A stretch of DNA of 36,484 nt from Bacteroidota bacterium (GCA_023251595.1 JAHEYM010000001.1:8675-45158), one strand, 5' to 3'. Shown: positions 23,783 through 32,860, counted from the stretch's first letter. The notes: a model not told the origin generated them from the letters alone. A program made the numbers and translations.

Positions 23783-26710
23783 ATGTGGAGAATTTTACAA
23801 TTACTACCTTTTTATTTTATTTTCTCTGACTCAAAAGCACAACCTGGTGAATGGGTTTGGATGAATGGAAGTAATAATTTAAATGCTTCGGGAAATTATG
23901 GAACACAAGGCGTTTTTAATTCGAATAATTCCCCTCCCTCGCGTTACGAAGCCTGTGAATGGACGGACCATAATGGTAACTTCTGGCTTTTTGGCGGACG
24001 ATCTTCTCAGTTCGGTCTTCTCGATGAATTATGGGAATTCGATCCGGCAATAAATCAATGGGCATGGATCAGAGGTTCCTCAAGTGGAAGTGTTCCCGGG
24101 CACTATGGATCACAGGGCGTCTCTTCACCGCAAAATTATCCGGGCTCACGTGCCTATGGCTGCGCTACGTGGACGGATACTACTGGAAATTTATGGTTGT
24201 TCGGAGGGCTGGGGATTGACGGAATGGGATATTTTGGTAATTTAAATGATTTATGGAAATATGATGTTTCTTTAAATGAATGGACATGGATGGAAGGTAA
24301 CGCAACTGTAAATTCCATCGGTTATTATGGCGTGCAGGGAGTGTCTTCACCCTTGAATAATCCGCCTTCCCGATGCGAGACCGATGCCACGTGGACGGAT
24401 GTCGATAATAATCTCTGGCTCTTCGGTGGCAAAGGCAATGGTGGATTAATGAATGATCTTTGGAAATATAATATATTTACGAATGAGTGGACTTGGATGA
24501 AAGGTGACAATTCACCAAACCACCTTCCATACTATGGTTCAATCGGGGTTTCTGCGCCATCCAACAGTCCCGGTTCCCGACTCGCGTATACGCATTGGGT
24601 TGATTATTCCGGGAAATTCTGGCTTTTCGGTGGAGAAACAAATTCGAATGCGTTCCGGAATGATTTATGGCGCTATGATCCCACGCAGAATGAATGGACC
24701 TGGATGAGCGGCGATGATGTACCGGCTAATTTAAATGGTTTCAGCTCCGGTATTTGTCTTTCATCGAATAGCGATGTGCCTTCTGCACGTTTCGAGAACA
24801 GGGCATGCTGGACAAGAGATAGTCATAATTTTCAAATGTTCGGCGGACTCTCAGGTCCCGGATATTATTCAGCATTGAGCGATTTATGGAATTATAATAT
24901 TGATTGTAATATATGGACTTTATTGAGCGGTTCTCTGGCAGCGAATCTGTCTCCAAATTATGGCACGCAAAATATTCCGGCGCCATTAAATAATCCCGGC
25001 TCACGCGCGGGTGTTTCTTCATGGAAAGATATACATGGAAATTTATGGCTATTCGGAGGTTGTATGCATAATACATACAATGACAGAAATGATCTTTGGA
25101 AATTTATTCCAAGTATATTATGCAGTTCAGGAACAGCTATGTCAATTGCATCTTTCAATGCAACTCCCACATCCGGTTGTGCACCCCTGATGGTTTCATT
25201 CACCAACACTTCGACAAACGCTGTTTCAGTTTTCTGGAGCTTTGGTGATGGCGACACGTCCACGTTATTAAATCCATTACATCTATATTCACTTCCCGGA
25301 GACTATTCCGTTATGCTCATCATAAGCGCTCCTTGCGGAGGTGCACCCGATACTCTGATATATAATTATATTCAAATATTTGATCTTCCGGTTCCGGTCT
25401 TGACACTTATTGGTGATACCGTTTTTTGCTCCGGAGATAGCGTGATCGTCTCATCCTCTGCGGCTGCTTCATATCAATGGAATACCGGCGATACCACACA
25501 GAATATTACGATTTATAGTACCGGGATATATAGTGTGACCGTCACCGATTCGTCTGGATGTCAGGGAACAGTCTTCCAGAATGTACTTGTAAATCCAAAT
25601 CCCGTTCCCCAAATCACTTCATCAGGCCCGCTGATTTTCTGTCAGGGAGGAAGTGTAACATTAACTTCTAATAATCAAATTTCAAATTCCTGGAATGTCG
25701 GTTTTTCAACCTCATCTATAACTGTATATATGTCGGGATACTATTCAGTAACAGTAATTGATTCAAATGGGTGTACCGGTATCTCAACCGTTTCTGTAAA
25801 TGTGAATCCGAATCCGATACCGGTAATTAGTGCTGCAGGACCTTTCATATTCTGTAGCGGAGACAGTCTTCTTCTCAACTGCTCTCTGGCAAGTTCTTAT
25901 ATCTGGAATACGGGCGATACAACACAAAGTACATTTGCTGATACTGCAGGTACATATATAGTTACTGTGATCGATTCAAACGGTTGCGTCGGCACTTCAT
26001 CACAAACTGTTCTTGTTAATCCATTGCCTGTTCCAATGATTGCTGCCTCGGGTTCTTTGATATTTTGCGAAGGTGATTCTGTAGTCTTAACGTCCACTCC
26101 AGCTAATAACTATACCTGGAATACCGGTAACACCACCCAAAGCATCGTTGCAGATACTTCAGGTAATTATTATGTAACAGTGATAGATGCGAATGGCTGC
26201 ACCGGAACTTCTGCAATTACTATTGTCTTAGTTAACCCTCTGCCACCCGTTCCAATTATTATGACAGTCGGAGGAAATTTATTTTCAAGTGCAAATAGCG
26301 GAAATCAATGGTATTTAAATCATACGATGATTAATAATGCAACGGATTCTGTATATTCTTTCTCACAACCTGGATGTTATACGGTTGTGGTAACGGATTC
26401 TAATGGCTGCTCAGCAATGTCTGATTCAGTTTGTATAATATTTACCGGTATTTCGGAAAAGAATGGTTCAGATAAAATTCGCATTTCACCAAATCCAAAT
26501 GGCGGTGTCTTCACAATTTATTTTGGTGAAGTGATCTCTGAAATGTACGATGTTATGATTTATGATGCAATCGGCCGATTAAGTTTTCAGGAATCCAAAC
26601 TTACTGAGCGCTCAGTTCGCATTGATTTAGAGAATCTTGCTACAGGTATATACATAGTCAGAATGAATAATGGTGAAAATATATATAGCAACAAATTAGT
26701 GCTGAAATAA
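23783..26710 (+). CDS. Large T9SS-sorted protein: Kelch beta-propeller, PKD domain, tandem ~72-aa Cys-containing Ig-like repeats, Por sorting domain
   Basis: Kelch blades occur about every 50 aa (NLWLFGG...NDLWKY...NEWTWM). PKD motif is SFTNTS...WSFGDGDTS. There are four clear repeats plus one degenerate repeat, each (FC.GDSV.L....Y.WNTGDTTQ.I...GIYSVTV.DSNGC.G....V.VNP.P). The tail is ISPNPNGGVFTIYF...GIYIVRM. Confidence 0.8.
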   Translation: MWRILQLLPFYFIFSDSKAQPGEWVWMNGSNNLNASGNYGTQGVFNSNNSPPSRYEACEWTDHNGNFWLFGGRSSQFGLLDELWEFDPAINQWAWIRGSSSGSVPGHYGSQGVSSPQNYPGSRAYGCATWTDTTGNLWLFGGLGIDGMGYFGNLNDLWKYDVSLNEWTWMEGNATVNSIGYYGVQGVSSPLNNPPSRCETDATWTDVDNNLWLFGGKGNGGLMNDLWKYNIFTNEWTWMKGDNSPNHLPYYGSIGVSAPSNSPGSRLAYTHWVDYSGKFWLFGGETNSNAFRNDLWRYDPTQNEWTWMSGDDVPANLNGFSSGICLSSNSDVPSARFENRACWTRDSHNFQMFGGLSGPGYYSALSDLWNYNIDCNIWTLLSGSLAANLSPNYGTQNIPAPLNNPGSRAGVSSWKDIHGNLWLFGGCMHNTYNDRNDLWKFIPSILCSSGTAMSIASFNATPTSGCAPLMVSFTNTSTNAVSVFWSFGDGDTSTLLNPLHLYSLPGDYSVMLIISAPCGGAPDTLIYNYIQIFDLPVPVLTLIGDTVFCSGDSVIVSSSAAASYQWNTGDTTQNITIYSTGIYSVTVTDSSGCQGTVFQNVLVNPNPVPQITSSGPLIFCQGGSVTLTSNNQISNSWNVGFSTSSITVYMSGYYSVTVIDSNGCTGISTVSVNVNPNPIPVISAAGPFIFCSGDSLLLNCSLASSYIWNTGDTTQSTFADTAGTYIVTVIDSNGCVGTSSQTVLVNPLPVPMIAASGSLIFCEGDSVVLTSTPANNYTWNTGNTTQSIVADTSGNYYVTVIDANGCTGTSAITIVLVNPLPPVPIIMTVGGNLFSSANSGNQWYLNHTMINNATDSVYSFSQPGCYTVVVTDSNGCSAMSDSVCIIFTGISEKNGSDKIRISPNPNGGVFTIYFGEVISEMYDVMIYDAIGRLSFQESKLTERSVRIDLENLATGIYIVRMNNGENIYSNKLVLK

Positions 26711-26738
26711 TTCGTGTTAATTAGTGAAATTTGTGTCT

Positions 26739-27782
26739 TTATAACTTTTGAAATTCAAATTTCGGATTTCCTTTTTGTCCCACATTATTATAGAAATCAA
26801 TGAAATGCAATTTGTAATAAAATCCTTCACCATCGCGAATAATATAATTTTTTTGTGGAAATACTTCATAACTTGAAGTGGTAAAGTTATACTCTTTCCA
26901 ACTATATCCGATCGCGTCTAAGGAATCTGTAAATATATAGTTTGAAAGATCGGATGAACTAATGTCACTGAATTTTTTGACGCTGTCCCTTGCAACGGTA
27001 ACTCCTGTTTTATTCAGCAGAACACCGGTAACGATGTACGGCATATACGGATCGAAGAAAAAATAAGTGTACTGAGTGAAACACAAATCAAATTGATTTT
27101 TAAGCGGTTCAATAAGCAACGGTGTGTTTTCGGTGAATGAAAATGCGATGCTGTTATAGTCAGGATCTTTAACAACGGTTGAAATATGATCGTCGCTGCC
27201 ATCGAGATTTGAATAATGAAATGAATAAGTATTTCCGGAAATTCCTGCAAATAGAATTTTTTTATACCCAAGTTGTGTTCCTGCAGCGTTGTAACCCATG
27301 TCGATCACATATACCTTTGAATTTGAAACCCAGTCTCCGACTGCAATACTGTCAATGTTTCTGCCTGGATGTTCAGCTTTGAAATCCAATCCACTTTTTG
27401 AATGTACGGAATCTAAAGATGAATATTCAGTAACAGCAGCTTTCATTAATCGGGCAGAATTGAGATAAATCCAATGTGTTGAATCTGAGCAATCGAGTGC
27501 AAGATCCCAATCGGTTTTAAGATTTGTTTTTATAACTGAATTAGTTCCAAGATCGAACCACAACTGATATCTGTAATCATCTGAAAGAGATAATTGAGTT
27601 GTCGTAACACTACCTCTGTCATATTTGGCAATAGGTAATTCTTCTTTTTGACAGGATGACAATGATACAATGAATAAGATCGAAAGAATTGAAATATAAA
27701 CATGTTTCCCGCAAAGCTGCAAAGTCGTAAAGTTTGTTTCTTCGTGTCTTCGTGCCTTCGTGGCTATTTTATTTTTTTTCAT
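26739..27782 (-). CDS. HmuY-like lipoprotein (putative ligand-binding partner of the TonB-dependent receptor)
   Basis: Lipobox LSSC. Blocks DWDLALD, LCFTQYTYFF..PYMPYIVTGVLLNK and IGYSWKEY are shared with 30053-31306. ATGA overlap with the receptor stop. The first ~20 codons translate a dispersed repeat, so the start is uncertain (a TTG at about 27710 is possible). Confidence 0.55.
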   Translation of the reverse strand: MKKNKIATKARRHEETNFTTLQLCGKHVYISILSILFIVSLSSCQKEELPIAKYDRGSVTTTQLSLSDDYRYQLWFDLGTNSVIKTNLKTDWDLALDCSDSTHWIYLNSARLMKAAVTEYSSLDSVHSKSGLDFKAEHPGRNIDSIAVGDWVSNSKVYVIDMGYNAAGTQLGYKKILFAGISGNTYSFHYSNLDGSDDHISTVVKDPDYNSIAFSFTENTPLLIEPLKNQFDLCFTQYTYFFFDPYMPYIVTGVLLNKTGVTVARDSVKKFSDISSSDLSNYIFTDSLDAIGYSWKEYNFTTSSYEVFPQKNYIIRDGEGFYYKLHFIDFYNNVGQKGNPKFEFQKL

Positions 27783-30052
27783 TTTGAAAAACTAAAACTG
27801 ATTTTAGTGAATACAAATCTACCCGTTGCCAAAGGAACCATCGCATCGCCCGAACTATGCGCTCCACCTGATGCCCCGCCGGAATTAATATTTTGAACAT
27901 TAAAGATGTTTTTCACACCACAGGCCAATATAATTCTTTTTTTGCTGAGTGATTTCGAAATTGTTGCATCTGCTAATTGATAACTTTCAGAGAAAGAGGT
28001 TTTAACGTTCCCGACAGCATCTGATGTGAATACGGGAATTCTTCCCAGAAATGAATAAAAAACAGAAATTGAAACGGATGAGTGAGGGGAGTAGGTCACA
28101 TTGAATTTTGCCTCGGGTGAAAATCCAAATCGCCCCGAAAAACTATTTTCTTCATTCTGATCATAAGTACCACTGTAACCTATTCCTGCATTGGTTTTTA
28201 TAGTTTTGAAAATAAGGGATTCATTTATTCCACATCCGATTGTTTTATGCCTCCCGATATTAATGTAAGAATATTCTGCCCCTGTTGTCTGAGCAAGTGT
28301 AATCAGATTGCTGATATCGTTATAAAATAAATTTAATTCACTTTGCGAAATGGTTTCACCAAAAAGTTTTTTAAAATTAAGATTTGCTGTATAATTATTG
28401 GAATACTCAGCTTTCAAATCCGGATTACCAAGAATATGATGATTGATGTCTACAAAATAAAAATCCAGTTCTTTAAGTGACGGAGCTCTGAATCCTTTGG
28501 CATAAGACATTCTTAGGGTGAAATTTTTCTTGATCAACTTAATATTCAATGAAGGAATGATCGGCGAATTGTACATCGAATTGTATCCGTAACGCACACC
28601 GGGTCTGATCAATAAATGTTTTTCCGGATTAATTTCAGTAGAAATAAATCCCGCGTAATCTCCCATCTGCTGATGTTCGTTTTGAATGCGTTTTCCTTCG
28701 GCGGTTTCGAAATTTATATCATATCCCATCTCATAATTGATGAAAGCGTTCTGTGCGGATTTCGAAAATGATCCTCTCGACATATATTGTTGAAACCGGC
28801 TTGTATCCTGATCCCCTTCCGTTGTAGTCAACGTTTTTTCTAAAGTTGTAAGGTCTTTGTAAAAGGTGTTTTTCACCCATAAATAATCATTAAAAGCAGC
28901 CACAAAATTTATGTTTTTATTTTTTGAAACTTGACCGTTTCCATATACCGAATGATCTTTTCGATTGGTGAAATAATAATCATCGAATGCTGTTTCCAGA
29001 TATGGCGCTCTGGGATAGCCGTAATTCGTAATTTTTTCGTTGAAGATTTCACCCTTATATCCAAACAGAATGTTTTTGAAAGTGTAGTTATATTGCATTC
29101 TTCCGAAATACTGTTCACGGGGTTTCCAACTTTTGAAACGCGAGCTGTCAGCATAATGTCGTGCAAAATCGGTGTTGAATTTATCGGTGGAATTCCACCC
29201 ATCAAAAAAATTTCTTCCGCCCGATGCACTTATTCTGCTTAAACCGAATCGCATCGATGCCGTTCCATCAAAATCAAAAGTGCCAATACTTTCTGCATAA
29301 GAATTTATAGAGAGGTCTATTCTCTTTTCCTGTGATTTCTTCGTAACTATATTGACGGTTCCTGCAAGCGCATTTGTGCCATAGTTAACCGAAAGCGGAC
29401 CTTCCACAATTTCAATTCTCTCGACATCATTTAAATTAATCTGACTTAAATCAATATTACCGTTTTGCCGTCCGATCACCGGAACACCATCTATCATAAT
29501 CTTTACATTCTCGCCACTAATACCCTGCATACTCATACCGCTCCCAAGAATCTGATCTTGTGAGATTCGAATATTCATTTGATTATTCAAAACATCTTTC
29601 AAATTGGTCGCAGCCATCGCGTCAATCTTTTCCCGATCAATAACTTCAATCTTATAAACACTTTTTTCAATACTTCCGGGCGCGTACTGTGCCGTGATGA
29701 CTTTTTCATTCAACATTACTGATTTGGGAGTCAGTAAATATGTTTTATTATTGCTGTTGAAAATAGTATCATTAATTTTCTCAAACCCAATGTAAGAAAT
29801 AATGATCGCAACCGGGAAAGTAAAATCGTTTTTTGAATCTGCTTGATTAAAAAGGGAAGCCAATGACAGCTTCCCTTCTATATCACTGATAAGTACCAGT
29901 TCTTTGTTGTCAGCACAATTACGCAGAATAACGGTGGCTGAGGGTACGGGACTTTTATCATCCAGAGAGAGGACAGTAATTTCCTGTGCCTTTCCTTTTC
30001 CGGAGACAAAGATCAAACAACAAATAAGAAGGCACTCAAGTGAACGCAACAT
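27779..30052 (-). CDS. TonB-dependent outer-membrane receptor with N-terminal CarboxypepD_reg-like domain
   Basis: 757 aa. Plug motifs IDGVPV and ERIEIVEGPLSVNYGTNALAGTVNIVTK, followed by a long beta-barrel region. Confidence 0.88.
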   Translation of the reverse strand: MLRSLECLLICCLIFVSGKGKAQEITVLSLDDKSPVPSATVILRNCADNKELVLISDIEGKLSLASLFNQADSKNDFTFPVAIIISYIGFEKINDTIFNSNNKTYLLTPKSVMLNEKVITAQYAPGSIEKSVYKIEVIDREKIDAMAATNLKDVLNNQMNIRISQDQILGSGMSMQGISGENVKIMIDGVPVIGRQNGNIDLSQINLNDVERIEIVEGPLSVNYGTNALAGTVNIVTKKSQEKRIDLSINSYAESIGTFDFDGTASMRFGLSRISASGGRNFFDGWNSTDKFNTDFARHYADSSRFKSWKPREQYFGRMQYNYTFKNILFGYKGEIFNEKITNYGYPRAPYLETAFDDYYFTNRKDHSVYGNGQVSKNKNINFVAAFNDYLWVKNTFYKDLTTLEKTLTTTEGDQDTSRFQQYMSRGSFSKSAQNAFINYEMGYDINFETAEGKRIQNEHQQMGDYAGFISTEINPEKHLLIRPGVRYGYNSMYNSPIIPSLNIKLIKKNFTLRMSYAKGFRAPSLKELDFYFVDINHHILGNPDLKAEYSNNYTANLNFKKLFGETISQSELNLFYNDISNLITLAQTTGAEYSYINIGRHKTIGCGINESLIFKTIKTNAGIGYSGTYDQNEENSFSGRFGFSPEAKFNVTYSPHSSVSISVFYSFLGRIPVFTSDAVGNVKTSFSESYQLADATISKSLSKKRIILACGVKNIFNVQNINSGGASGGAHSSGDAMVPLATGRFVFTKISFSFSK

Positions 30053-31306
30053 TTACTGTACGATTAATTTTTGTTGAATTGTCTTTCCATTCACGGTTAA
30101 TTTAACTATATACAAACCTGTATTTAATCCGGAGGTAAATATGTTGTGATTGTAGAAACCTTCACCCGAATTCAATTCTTCGCCCCGAACAATTTTCCCG
30201 GTCATATCATATATTTCCACATTCACTTTTGATGCCGGACGATCTATCGAGTATAGTAAATTAACGTTTCCGTTTGTGGATGGATTTGGGTAAAGTGACA
30301 TATTTATTGCAGGCGTCGTAGTTGAGGAAGCTATCCCTGTGGTGCTTAGTTTTTCTTTGGTAAATATATAGTTACCATTCGCTGATCCGCCAAACCCGGT
30401 AAATAATAATTTCCAGATATCACCTTGTTCTGATTGAATAAAATAAACAACAGAATCGCGGATATCGTAACCTGTTCCATTGAAGCTTTTCCAGTTATAC
30501 CCAATCTCATTTATCAATGGACTAAAACTCCAGGAGGTCCAGTCTGTATAAGTACTTACGTCAGCGATCAAATCTGCTTTTGCAACTGTCACTCCTTTGT
30601 TAAAGAGCACACCCGAAACTGTATAGGGTTGAGGTATAAAAGCTGTATATTGTGTGAAGAGCAGATCCCAAAGCGTATCGACAGGTTCACGATCGATGGC
30701 AGTATTATTTTGCAGTGAATAATAACCGAAATTTTTGTTCGTGTAATTTGCTTTTACAAGATTGCTGCTCAAATCATTTGTTCCATCAAGATGTGCAAAT
30801 CTGAAATCATATTCTCCATTGGCAAGTGTCTGAATCCAAAGTTTGCGATAAGAATTATCTGACAATTTAATGATATATAGACTGTCACCAATGACTGAAT
30901 GCGTGATCATGCTATATACACCCCAACCAACATCAAACGGATCAACCGTATTCATTGTGGCATCAAATGCAGAGTATTTCCAGGAAGTGTCTGAGTTGTA
31001 AAGCGGCGTCCAGGTGGTTAATCCTGCCGTATCCATCGTACTCCATGCAGAAGTATCTCCGTTCGGATAAAGCCATAATTGCGTACCGGTAACGGAGTTA
31101 ATGTAAATGGAAGAACCCATACCTGAAACATCGAATGAGAGATCCCAGTTATTCTTAGGGGCAGTTCCCTGTTCGCCATTTTGCAGACTGTACCAGGTCT
31201 GATTTGCGTAACCTGTGCCGATCGAAACGGTGTCGGTTACAACGGTTTGCGCTTGCGTTACAAGTGTTAAAACCAGCGATGTGATTGATAGTAGAATAGT
31301 TTTCAT
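30053..31306 (-). CDS. HmuY-like protein carrying a T9SS C-terminal sorting domain
   Basis: Signal peptide. NWDLSFD, LLFTQYTAFIPQPYTVSGVLFNKG and IGYNWKSF blocks are paralogous to 26739-27782. The tail is LYPNPSTNGNVNLLY...GLYIVKL. The stop abuts the receptor start. Confidence 0.6.
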   Translation of the reverse strand: MKTILLSITSLVLTLVTQAQTVVTDTVSIGTGYANQTWYSLQNGEQGTAPKNNWDLSFDVSGMGSSIYINSVTGTQLWLYPNGDTSAWSTMDTAGLTTWTPLYNSDTSWKYSAFDATMNTVDPFDVGWGVYSMITHSVIGDSLYIIKLSDNSYRKLWIQTLANGEYDFRFAHLDGTNDLSSNLVKANYTNKNFGYYSLQNNTAIDREPVDTLWDLLFTQYTAFIPQPYTVSGVLFNKGVTVAKADLIADVSTYTDWTSWSFSPLINEIGYNWKSFNGTGYDIRDSVVYFIQSEQGDIWKLLFTGFGGSANGNYIFTKEKLSTTGIASSTTTPAINMSLYPNPSTNGNVNLLYSIDRPASKVNVEIYDMTGKIVRGEELNSGEGFYNHNIFTSGLNTGLYIVKLTVNGKTIQQKLIVQ

Positions 31307-31381
31307 TTATCTGTATATTTAATAATGTGTGAATATGTATTTTAATTTCGCAGCAAAAGTATCCCGCCACTGAAAGCGGAA

Positions 31382-31447
31382 ATATGACATTTGTCATATT
31401 GTGTCATGGCATTGTCATGAACAGAGATGAATGACATAAATGTGACA
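31382..31447. promoter_or_regulatory. Array of six TGTCAT/ATGACA hexamers, including the inverted repeat ATATGACA-TT-TGTCATAT (31382-31399)
   Basis: Read directly. Lies 76-141 nt upstream of the operon start (31306) and just upstream of a TACTTTTG -7-like box on the minus strand (31354-31361). Confidence 0.45.
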
Positions 31448-31457
31448 AATACCGACT

Positions 31458-31550
31458 CCCTTCTCCCTTGGGAGAAGGGCTGGGGTTGAGGGCAGAGTTA
31501 GTACAACTCTCATGGGAGAAGGGCCGGGGGTGAGGGCAGAGTTAGCACAA
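31458..31550. repeat. Two tandem ~45-nt GC-rich units GGGAGAAGGGCYGGGGKTGAGGGCAGAGTTAGYACAA, the first preceded by its own inverted arm CCCTTCTCCC
   Basis: Read directly. The ORF-track entry 31415-31633(-) is just a translation of these repeats. Confidence 0.8.
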
Positions 31551-31574
31551 ACCTCTTCGCCAAATGGTGGCTTC

Positions 31575-31616
31575 TGACCCCATCCCCGTCCCTTCCCCAA
31601 AAAGGGAAGGGGGAAA
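31575..31616. repeat. GC-rich hairpin element TGACCCCATCCCCGTCCCTTCCCCAAAAAGGGAAGGGGGAAA (copy 2 of 2)
   Basis: Differs at only a couple of positions (2-3, depending on alignment at the 3' end) from 5398-5440. Confidence 0.8.
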
Positions 31617-31677
31617 TAAATGCTCCGTATCAAAAAATGTTTTTGTTTTGTATCTTTACAAATAAATAATTCCCCCC

Positions 31678-32265
31678 ATGAAACTCACCGAAAAAATTCT
31701 TGTCTGCATCGCATTACTCGGAATTATCTTCAAAATATTCCTACTTCCAGGGGGTGGACTTCTGATAGTGATCTCCACTGGTATTCTTTCAATGCTATAC
31801 TTTTTCCTTGGACTTTCGATCTTTAATAATATTCCCTTGAAGAAAATGTTTACCGAAAAAACATTTGAGAACGTTTCGGCATTAAAAATCGTCGGTTCGA
31901 TCGGATTTGGATTTTCCCTTTCAACATTGGTAATCGGCATTATGTTCAATATTCAATTCTGGGCGGGTGCAACGTTGATGTTGATCACCGGATTAATTTC
32001 ATCCTTCTTATGCTTCATCATAATACTTATTCGCTCAGATGAAAACAAAACGACATTCTACAAAAACGTATTTATCAGAACTGCGATTTTCGGCTTGTTT
32101 GGCCTTATGATGTTCTCCGTTCCTAAAATGACTTTATTCGAATTCTTTCACCGTGATCAGCCCGCGTACGTGCAGGCAGTGAGAAATTTAAACGCCGATC
32201 CCACAAACAAAGCACTTCAGGAGGAACTAAAAAAACAATGGGATCTTATACATGCAAAACATTAA
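31678..32265 (+). CDS. Small polytopic membrane protein, unknown function
   Basis: 195 aa, about 5 predicted TM helices and a hydrophilic C-terminal tail. No motif recognised. Confidence 0.55.
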   Translation: MKLTEKILVCIALLGIIFKIFLLPGGGLLIVISTGILSMLYFFLGLSIFNNIPLKKMFTEKTFENVSALKIVGSIGFGFSLSTLVIGIMFNIQFWAGATLMLITGLISSFLCFIIILIRSDENKTTFYKNVFIRTAIFGLFGLMMFSVPKMTLFEFFHRDQPAYVQAVRNLNADPTNKALQEELKKQWDLIHAKH

Positions 32266-32280
32266 TTTTCAATTCCCAAA

Positions 32281-32838
32281 ATGACTCTTGCTTTCTTTTC
32301 TTCCCAATCCGGTTTCCGAAAATGGTTATCCAAAAATCATTTGAAAGAGAAGGAATTGGTGGTTGGATTTTATAAATTAAGCACCGGCAAGCCATGCATG
32401 ACCTGGTCGGAATCTGTTGATCAGGCGATTTGTTTTGGATGGATTGATGGCATCCGTAAATCGGTTGACAAGGATAGTTATTCGATCCGGTTCACCCCAA
32501 GAAAAAAAACAAGTATCTGGAGTGCCATCAACATCAAAAAAGTTGAAAGGCTTCTTGAACAAAATTTAATCCAACCTGCCGGACTCGAAATTTTCAAACA
32601 TCGGAAAGAGGATAAATCGAGAATATATAGTTACGAAAATGAGCCGGTAAAACTCTCCGCTCATTTCGAGAAAAAATTTAAAGCAAATAAAAAAGCGTGG
32701 ACATTTTTTAATAAACAAGCTACAGGGTACAAAAAAGTGATCATATACAGAATCATGAACGCGAAGAGAGTAGAAACTCAATTATCACGATTGGATCAGA
32801 TTATCATCCTCTGCGAAGAGCAAAAAAGGCTTTTATAG
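32281..32838 (+). CDS. YdeI/OmpD-associated (OmdA) family protein
   Basis: 185 aa. WRKWLSKNH...VDQAICFGWIDGIRKSVDKDSYSIRFTPRKKTSIWSAINIKKVERL is typical of the family. Confidence 0.7.
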   Translation: MTLAFFSSQSGFRKWLSKNHLKEKELVVGFYKLSTGKPCMTWSESVDQAICFGWIDGIRKSVDKDSYSIRFTPRKKTSIWSAINIKKVERLLEQNLIQPAGLEIFKHRKEDKSRIYSYENEPVKLSAHFEKKFKANKKAWTFFNKQATGYKKVIIYRIMNAKRVETQLSRLDQIIILCEEQKRLL

Positions 32839-32860
32839 AGGGAACTTTCCTTTCTGTTTT

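Noticed and set aside
31362-31378. CCCGCCACTGAAAGCGG resembles the GCCACTG core of the cobalamin-riboswitch B12 box, next to a TonB-dependent uptake operon.
   Set aside because: The match is on the plus strand while the operon is on the minus strand. None of the other conserved riboswitch segments (a GGTG..AA.TCC-type junction, surrounding paired regions) are visible on either strand. It is most likely a small incidental hairpin. A covariance-model scan (Rfam RF00174) would settle it.
31415-31633. 72-aa ORF (minus strand) rich in Pro/Gly (…PFLGKGRGWGQKPPFGEE…PGPSPMRVVLTLPSTPALLPREKGVG…).
   Set aside because: It is the in-frame translation of the GC-rich hairpin repeats at 31458-31616. It has no start context and repeat-driven composition, so it is not a gene.
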